A stretch of DNA of 64,000 nt from contig JBAXTD010000001.1 in assembly GCA_037130335.1 (NCBI GenBank), positions 103,419-167,418 on the forward strand, given 5' to 3'. The notes beneath the pieces were generated by a model. The model was not told where the DNA came from, made no database searches, and saw only the letters and a program-made list of their open reading frames with translations. Below, in pieces: positions 58,126-64,000 of the stretch. This DNA is from a bacterium. Its GTDB lineage: Bacteria > Patescibacteriota > Minisyncoccia > Phycocordibacterales > UBA9973. The position numbers and the translations under genes are program-made. The stretch's first letter is position 1. Every line of letters starts with the position of its first letter.

Positions 58126-59331
58126 ATGAAAGAATACATGCTCAAACTTTGGGATAGTGGTGATATTCCGCACGAGGCAAAATTACTTACGCGTATTACA
58201 TCCATTCGCTGGATTGGATGGGGATTTGCAGAGTCACTTGTCCCTGTTTTTTTGTATTCATTTGGTCATTCATTTGCTGATGCAGGACTTTTGCGTTCGG
58301 CCTACGACATTGCATTTATCATTGCACTTCCGCTCGTGGGTGTATTTGCAGATAGAATGAGAGCAACGACGCTTGTACTTATTGGGCTTTGTCTATATGT
58401 TTTTTGTGGAACATCATATTTTTTGGCAGGAATGACAGGACTTGTTGTTTTTGTTGTGTTTGCTCGTGCAATTCACGGTGTTTCATTTGCGCTCGATGCC
58501 GTCGGTCGCAACACCTGTATTCGCAGACATACACCTGCGTCGAAACTCGCAACAGTTTTTGGGTATTTTGATACAGTTGCGTATTTTTGGTGGATGGTAG
58601 CTGCGTGTGTCGGTATGTTTTTGATAAAATATATTTCAATTCCGAATCTTTTGTTTTTGGTTGCGCCGACATCACTTATTTCAATTATCATTCTTGTCAG
58701 GTATAGAAAACAAAAAATCGAGCGTTCGACAAGTGTAGAAAGGGAAGTAGCTTCTGTCTCGTCTATTTTTAAGGAGTTGAAATTCTGGGATACCAAACTC
58801 AAAAGCTTACTGCTTTTTAATTTTTTTATTGCATTTACTGGAGCAATCGTTGTATTTTTTCTTCCAATTCAAGCATACATAAATGGGGATGGATATAATT
58901 CAGTAATTCTTATGGGAATTATTGTGGTGCTACCTACGATCTTTAGTTGGCGGTTGGGTAAGTTATTTGACGGTCGTGGTGCACAAATTTTTACTAAAAT
59001 TTTATTTTTATTTGCCGGGCTTATTTTTTCGCTTGTATTTTTTCAAACATATATATGGCAACTCGTGGTTCTTTTCCTTGTGAGTCTTATTATTGAATTA
59101 CTTTCTTTGGGTACAAACGAAATGATGACAGTGTATGCCAAACCCGAACATTTCGGTCGGGTCGATGGAATCATGCGAAGCGTTGCCGACATTGGCAGTA
59201 TGATTGGTCCACTTTTGATTGGTATTATTATGGATTCATATGGAGTGCCTATTGCATATTCAGTATTGGGAACAATAATTCTTGCACTCGCAATTATGTT
59301 TTATGTTACACTCAGTAGAAATAAACAATAA
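58126..59331 (+). CDS. MFS transporter (12 TMS).
   Basis: 401 aa. DRMRAT-type loop motif between TM2 and TM3. Confidence 0.65.
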   Translation: MKEYMLKLWDSGDIPHEAKLLTRITSIRWIGWGFAESLVPVFLYSFGHSFADAGLLRSAYDIAFIIALPLVGVFADRMRATTLVLIGLCLYVFCGTSYFLAGMTGLVVFVVFARAIHGVSFALDAVGRNTCIRRHTPASKLATVFGYFDTVAYFWWMVAACVGMFLIKYISIPNLLFLVAPTSLISIIILVRYRKQKIERSTSVEREVASVSSIFKELKFWDTKLKSLLLFNFFIAFTGAIVVFFLPIQAYINGDGYNSVILMGIIVVLPTIFSWRLGKLFDGRGAQIFTKILFLFAGLIFSLVFFQTYIWQLVVLFLVSLIIELLSLGTNEMMTVYAKPEHFGRVDGIMRSVADIGSMIGPLLIGIIMDSYGVPIAYSVLGTIILALAIMFYVTLSRNKQ

Positions 59332-59357
59332 AAAACACCCATATGGGTGTTTTTTAT
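59330..59357. terminator. Bidirectional terminator.
   Basis: aaaaacacccatatgggtgtttttt. Confidence 0.7.
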
Positions 59358-59360
59358 TGT

Positions 59361-59663
59361 TTATTTCTTTAGTATCTTTTTTGTTATTTTCTTTGCTTTT
59401 GAAATTTCCTTTTTGGCGTTTTTTTCTATTTTTTTGACTGCTTCAATGAATTTTTTATCGGCATTTTTTATCATTGGTTTTGCTTTACGTTCTAGTTTTT
59501 GTTCCATGCCTTTGATTAGGGTTGCGGCTTTTTTTTGATGTGCCTTACCTTTTGGTCCCATGAAATAATACGCACCTGCACTTACTGCTGCGACACCTGC
59601 ACCGATTGCCGCTATTTTTCCGGCTGACATTCCATTCTTTTTGACTTGTTTCTTTTGTGCCAT
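59361..59663 (-). CDS. Lys-rich small protein with one hydrophobic segment.
   Basis: 100 aa. IAAIGAGVAAVSAGAYYF followed by a highly basic helical tail. Confidence 0.4.
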   Translation of the reverse strand: MAQKKQVKKNGMSAGKIAAIGAGVAAVSAGAYYFMGPKGKAHQKKAATLIKGMEQKLERKAKPMIKNADKKFIEAVKKIEKNAKKEISKAKKITKKILKK

Positions 59664-59709
59664 ATATTTATGTATTATCTTTTAATAGTAAAAACTTATT
59701 GATTATAAG

Positions 59710-60024
59710 CTATTCCTTGGTTTTTTTGTGTCTGTGTTGTTTGCCAAATATAAATTGAAATAATCGACTTTCCTTTATTTCCCACAAAACATCTTCAGTG
59801 GCGTCACCAATTCTATCAATATCCTTTTCTACCTTTTTCATGATTCGCGAGAAGGTATGCATGATGCGGATAAGGTAGGCGAGGAGGATTGCGATCAAAA
59901 TCCATAAAAAAACGAAGCCAACGGACGAAATAAAAAAGAAAACTTCTGAATTTGTAGCTGTGTTCATGTATACATTGTACTCTTTCTTGAATGAAATGCT
60001 ACATATGGGCGACAGGGGAATCAA
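59710..60024 (-). CDS. Small membrane protein (104 aa).
   Basis: One TM helix plus a charged tail. Confidence 0.35.
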   Translation of the reverse strand: MIPLSPICSISFKKEYNVYMNTATNSEVFFFISSVGFVFLWILIAILLAYLIRIMHTFSRIMKKVEKDIDRIGDATEDVLWEIKESRLFQFIFGKQHRHKKTKE

Positions 60025-60109
60025 CAGGCTACATACTACGCATTATTTATTGCCAAAGTGTCAAGGTTTGTATTGCAAAAAACCCTTATAAAATAAGGGT
60101 TTTTTGCCT

Positions 60110-60168
60110 TTGACAACAACAAAAAGTGTTGTATAACTATTGACTTTTGTTCTCGTTTGTGATACTAT
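60110..60168 (+). promoter_or_regulatory. Tandem sigma70 promoters (TTGACA-17-TATAAC and TTGACT-17-TACTAT).
   Basis: Two consecutive near-consensus -35/-10 pairs upstream of the gene at 60288. Confidence 0.5.
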
Positions 60169-60287
60169 ATAGGGGAATCTGAATATGGTAAGAAACGAAA
60201 GTTTATTGCTATGTACAGATTTTTTTGTTTCCCGTGCATGGGAAACTAAATATCAGTTTTAAGTTGGCGAAGCGTAATCGCTACATT

Positions 60288-60899
60288 ATGCACAAGTATT
60301 TTAAAAATTCCCTGCAGGCTCTCGTTGCTTTTCCTGTAATAGCAACTACCCTTGTAAGTCCATTTTCCGGGACAACACTTGGGTCACCCACTGCAGCAGT
60401 TATATCTCCCGACACAAACAGGCCCCTTTCTTCAATGGTCACTGTTAACCAACAGTCTGCCGACCTTGATGTAAAGGCTCAAAAAATTGACGCATTCTTT
60501 GCACAACGTAAACTTCCGATGGTAGGTCAAGGTAAAAAACTTGCCGCTGCCGCTGAGAAGAATGATTTGCCTTGGACTCTTATTGCCTCGATGGCAGTTA
60601 TAGAATCAACAGCTGGTGTACATGCTTGTCCAGATAACAAATACAATGTTTTCGGATGGGGTTCATGTCACGGTGAAAAGTTTGATTCATATGATGATGC
60701 AATCGATACGGTTGCAAAAGCCGTTGCTGGTAATAGTGATCAGACAAAGAGATATTATGAGGGTAAAAATCTTCCGGATATTTTGGAAACTTATAACGGT
60801 AGTGCAAACCCTGACTATGTTAAAAATACAATGTGGGTCATGAATCAGATTGAGCAACAGCCGATTGCAACAAATTTATCAGGTTCAACAAACAGTTAA
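60288..60899 (+). CDS. Secreted protein, possible glucosaminidase / lysozyme-like peptidoglycan hydrolase.
   Basis: Signal peptide. LPWTLIASMAVIESTAG resembles glucosaminidase / lytic-enzyme motifs. The family call is weak. Confidence 0.35.
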   Translation: MHKYFKNSLQALVAFPVIATTLVSPFSGTTLGSPTAAVISPDTNRPLSSMVTVNQQSADLDVKAQKIDAFFAQRKLPMVGQGKKLAAAAEKNDLPWTLIASMAVIESTAGVHACPDNKYNVFGWGSCHGEKFDSYDDAIDTVAKAVAGNSDQTKRYYEGKNLPDILETYNGSANPDYVKNTMWVMNQIEQQPIATNLSGSTNS

Positions 60900-60914
60900 T
60901 TACTAGTTCGGCTA

Positions 60915-60965
60915 AAAATACAAAATGCCTCGCAAAGCAAAGCTTTGCGAGGCATTTTGTATTTT
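60915..60965. terminator. Bidirectional terminator.
   Basis: Long palindrome aaaatgcctcgcaaagc...gctttgcgaggcatttt. Confidence 0.75.
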
Positions 60966-60972
60966 ATTGCAG

Positions 60973-61671
60973 TTACTTACATCCAAGATAGCATACGACA
61001 ATAGCAGCTGTCTCTGCGCGTAGGGTTAGCTCGCCAAGCGATGCAATCGTACAACCTGAGTCTTTGGCACTCAAAACTTCCTTGTCTCCAAAACCGCCTT
61101 CTGGGCCCACAAATAGGTTTATTGTGTTTAGATTTGATATAGAATCTTTTTCATTTAAATTTTTACCACTTCCGTCGAAAAGTATCGTGTGTTTTGGATC
61201 GATTGATTTGATTGCTTGTTCAAACGATATTGGTTCAGATAGTTCTGGAACTGTTGTACGGCCGGATTGTTCGCATGCCTCGAGGATTATTTTTTCGAGA
61301 CGAGCTTTATTGAAACCAATTTTGACTGTTCGTTCCGTGAGAAGGGGGACGATTCTTGAAATACCAATTTCGGTCGCTTTTTGGACAACGATTTCGAAAT
61401 TTTCTCGACGGAGAAGTGATGCGTATAATGTAACTTCTTTTTGTGTTCCGCGAATGATTTTTTTGCGAGTAAGTACGGCTAGTGTTGTAGATTTTTTGTT
61501 CATATCTTCGATTATGGCTTCACTTTCAGTGCCGTTGCCGTCAGACAAAATTACTTTGTCTCCAGTTTTGAGGCGAAGCACAGAATGCCATTGCGAAATA
61601 AGATGCAGGTCGGTGACATTAATTAGGTCGTGCTCGAGGTTGAATGCGCCAATAAATCGATGATATCTCAT
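60973..61671 (-). CDS. rsmE: 16S rRNA m3U1498 methyltransferase RsmE.
   Basis: MRYHRF N-terminus with a PUA-like domain. SPOUT C-terminus with FVGPEGGF and LGELTLRAETA motifs. Confidence 0.7.
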   Translation of the reverse strand: MRYHRFIGAFNLEHDLINVTDLHLISQWHSVLRLKTGDKVILSDGNGTESEAIIEDMNKKSTTLAVLTRKKIIRGTQKEVTLYASLLRRENFEIVVQKATEIGISRIVPLLTERTVKIGFNKARLEKIILEACEQSGRTTVPELSEPISFEQAIKSIDPKHTILFDGSGKNLNEKDSISNLNTINLFVGPEGGFGDKEVLSAKDSGCTIASLGELTLRAETAAIVVCYLGCK

Positions 61672-61682
61672 ATGTTTGGCTA

Positions 61683-62312
61683 CTATATCACATTTGTGGC
61701 TCTAATTTCTATATCGTCGGCTTTGCGTAAATTTCTGATCATTTTGGGCGTGAGGATGTTTTGGTGAGGTGAATCATCAAGTGCACATGCGATTTCATAC
61801 AAATCAGCGTCGCTTGTTATCCATTCGATACCAAATTTTTTAAAAATAGGAAATTTATTCGAAAAACTGCGCAAGTTTTTTTTGCCATCGCTTAGAAAAT
61901 ATTCGTGAAAATATGACATCGCAATTTCGCGCGCTGATAGATAAATTGGTTCGCGAAATCGAAGTACTGAATGGTTTGTTTTTGAAATTGACCCAATATG
62001 TCCGTCTATTACAAAAAGTGCAACAACATGATCAGAGTCGATATTGTTTTTTGTATCAACTTTTAAATCAAGTAAATATGTTTCATATCCATGATATGCA
62101 AGCATTACGCATGCAAGCAGTGCGCCTTCTATACAGCTTGCTTCGTTTTTTGAGATAGTGGCGCGAGGGGAGCGGACAATTGGTTCATTGTCGTCGTGTC
62201 GCATTGGAATTGAGTTGATATAATCCTGAATTTTTGAAGGAGTGGAGTATTTGTCAAAAATTTTTATTTCATTTTTACTCAATATTTTTTGGAGAGAAAT
62301 TTTTTTCACCAT
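61683..62312 (-). CDS. Hypothetical protein, possible transglutaminase-like / papain-fold (Cys...His...Asp).
   Basis: CIEGALLACVML followed by DHVVALF. The call is tentative. Confidence 0.3.
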   Translation of the reverse strand: MVKKISLQKILSKNEIKIFDKYSTPSKIQDYINSIPMRHDDNEPIVRSPRATISKNEASCIEGALLACVMLAYHGYETYLLDLKVDTKNNIDSDHVVALFVIDGHIGSISKTNHSVLRFREPIYLSAREIAMSYFHEYFLSDGKKNLRSFSNKFPIFKKFGIEWITSDADLYEIACALDDSPHQNILTPKMIRNLRKADDIEIRATNVI

Positions 62313-62382
62313 GTATACATTTTACCTTAAAATTAAAAAATCACTTACCGGAAAAATTAAGTGATTTTTTAATGCTATGAAT

Positions 62383-62514
62383 CTATTTTGCTCGTTTCTT
62401 TGGATTAGATTTTTTTGCAGAAAGCATTGCTCTTTTTGCTGTAAGGCGCTTCGCAGTTTTATGCGGACCTTTTGGCATTTTTTTTGGGCTTACGCTTGTT
62501 TTTCTTTTTGCCAT
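62383..62514 (-). CDS. Candidate basic micro-protein, 43 aa (MAKRKTSVSPKKMPKGPHKTAKRLTAKRAMLSAKKSNPKKRAK).
   Basis: ATG ORF absent from the ORF track (<60 aa). Followed on its own strand by a hairpin plus T-run at 62335-62370. Confidence 0.35.
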   Translation of the reverse strand: MAKRKTSVSPKKMPKGPHKTAKRLTAKRAMLSAKKSNPKKRAK

Positions 62515-62654
62515 TTTACTTTGCGAAATCATACTGTATGACGTCGACCGAAACACAGTACAATATGCTTATTAATAATATAGTTTAATTATACTACATA
62601 AATAACAAAATAAACCATATACTAAGTGTTTTTTGTAATACAAAACAATTTAAT

Positions 62655-62683
62655 TTGAATTTTGTCAAATAATATGATATACT
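62655..62683 (+). promoter_or_regulatory. Sigma70 promoter, TTGAAT-17-TATACT.
   Basis: Upstream of the ATG at 62729. Confidence 0.45.
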
Positions 62684-62728
62684 TGCGTGAGGTACATATA
62701 TTAATAATAATTTATACGAAATAATTTT

Positions 62729-63226
62729 ATGGAAAAAAATAATTCAAAAATGTGGATGTGGGTCGGTGTTGTAATCGTTGTTGTTGCTATTATTTTATTT
62801 TTTGTTGTAAAAAATAAAAAAGGAGATGACACTCTTTCGCAAGAAGTGGCCAACACTGTCGCTACAAGTACAACGGCTACAAGTACACAACAAGAATCTA
62901 CCCAAGACAAAACTGGTGTTACTTCTGGAGCTGGTTCTGTTTCAATATCATATGCTGATGCGCTTGTTAAATATTCAGATCGTAGAATTCAACTTGATTT
63001 AGTATGTCAGGCTCATCCAAATGTTGTAACATACAAAGATAATACTGGTATCATGATTGATAATCGTTCTCCTTTTTCTCGAACAGTAAAAGTTGGTACA
63101 ACATTTACAATCAAACCATACGGTTTCAAAATCGTAACTCTTCCTGATGTATATCTTGCAAGCAAGACACTTCTCGTTAGTTGTGATAAATCTCAAAACG
63201 TTGCAACAATTTTGGTTCAGGAATAA
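62729..63226 (+). CDS. Membrane-anchored secreted protein, unknown.
   Basis: N-terminal TM, a Thr/Ser linker and a 100 aa beta-rich domain. Confidence 0.45.
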   Translation: MEKNNSKMWMWVGVVIVVVAIILFFVVKNKKGDDTLSQEVANTVATSTTATSTQQESTQDKTGVTSGAGSVSISYADALVKYSDRRIQLDLVCQAHPNVVTYKDNTGIMIDNRSPFSRTVKVGTTFTIKPYGFKIVTLPDVYLASKTLLVSCDKSQNVATILVQE

Positions 63227-63237
63227 TCATTATAAAA

Positions 63238-63287
63238 AATTTACGCACAAAAAAATCCCCTCGAGGGGATTTTTTTGTGCGTAAATT
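63238..63287. terminator. Bidirectional terminator.
   Basis: aatttacgcacaaaaaaatcccctcgaggggatttttttgtgcgtaaatt, a nested palindrome. Confidence 0.8.
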
Positions 63288-63963
63288 ACGAAGGTTGTTT
63301 TAGAATTATTATTTTATACATATCTACAAGCGAGATGAGAAGTGAAAGTATAATTGGTCCAAAAATAAATCCAAGTGGTCCAAAAAACATTACTCCTCCT
63401 AGTATTGAAAAGAGTATAAATACAGGGGATGTATCGAGTCCTTTACCAAAGAAGTATGAGGACAATACATTGTCGATAAAGAGCATAATAAGGACACCAA
63501 ATAATCCGAGAGCAATCGCGAGTAAAATATTGCCAGTAAGTACAAGATATATAACTGTTGGAAAAATTACAAATGGAGTTCCAAGTCCTGGGATAATACC
63601 GATAAGACCTGCGATACTTCCCCATATCATTGCGTCATGGACTCCAAAGATATAAAACCCGATTGTAAATAATACCCATCGTATAATTCCAACAAGCAAT
63701 GTACCTTCGATGACAGATGTAATTGTGCGGTGCATTGATTCTAGTATTTCGATATTTTGATCTTTTTGGAATGGGTTGAGAGCTATAAGTGAATAAAATA
63801 TCTCATCGCCATCTCGGACAAAGAAAAATAAAGTGAAAAGCATAAAGAATATTTCAAAGAATATATATGCAGTTTGTGAAATAAGTGCTGTGAAATTATT
63901 GGAAACAAATCCAAGTATAATTGATGCGTAATTTGAAACGTTTAATGAGAAATAAGGAAACAC
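63286..63963 (-). CDS. AI-2E family (PerM/UPF0118) transporter. Likely partial: the N-terminal part lies beyond the window.
   Basis: Multiple TM helices and a C-terminal GPLGFIFGPIILSLL-type motif. Only 225 aa in the window, whereas the family is usually about 340 aa. Confidence 0.55.
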   Translation of the reverse strand: MFPYFSLNVSNYASIILGFVSNNFTALISQTAYIFFEIFFMLFTLFFFVRDGDEIFYSLIALNPFQKDQNIEILESMHRTITSVIEGTLLVGIIRWVLFTIGFYIFGVHDAMIWGSIAGLIGIIPGLGTPFVIFPTVIYLVLTGNILLAIALGLFGVLIMLFIDNVLSSYFFGKGLDTSPVFILFSILGGVMFFGPLGFIFGPIILSLLISLVDMYKIIILKQPS

Positions 63964-64000
63964 ATGACGAACGAGGGTTTCAATGGTATCTTTGATTGTT

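Overview
This is a low-GC (about 33%), gene-dense bacterial fragment whose proteins and 16S rRNA look like a Candidate Phyla Radiation / Patescibacteria-type organism. The evidence is small genes, no Shine-Dalgarno motifs, many secreted Ser/Thr/Asn-rich surface proteins, and an idiosyncratic 16S with an expansion insert. The lineage call is an inference.

Housekeeping content includes ABC exporters, trhO, an EmrAB-like efflux operon, rlmB, an ABC-F ATPase, three NUDIX hydrolases, a flavinylation module (membrane FMN-binding protein, ApbE, heterodimeric ABC exporter, riboflavin kinase), pepN, RNase J, secG, secA and rsmE. There is also an unlinked 16S rRNA gene and an RNase P RNA that the ORF track does not show.

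The most notable feature is a roughly 13.9-kb higher-GC integrated element inserted into the 3' end of secA (about 42308-56220), flanked by imperfect direct repeats that rebuild a secA-like C-terminus. It carries a large serine recombinase, a tyrosine integrase plus an Xis-like HTH protein, an AbiEi/AbiEii abortive-infection pair, several uncharacterised cargo genes (a 582-aa protein, an orphan REC-domain protein, a coupled 265+61-aa pair), and an IS481-like insertion with terminal inverted repeats and a 6-bp target-site duplication.

Other items are a 23-codon lysine-rich micro-ORF with its own terminator in a 700-bp AT-rich gap upstream of secA, a 43-codon basic micro-ORF, and several near-consensus sigma70 promoters and rho-independent terminators.
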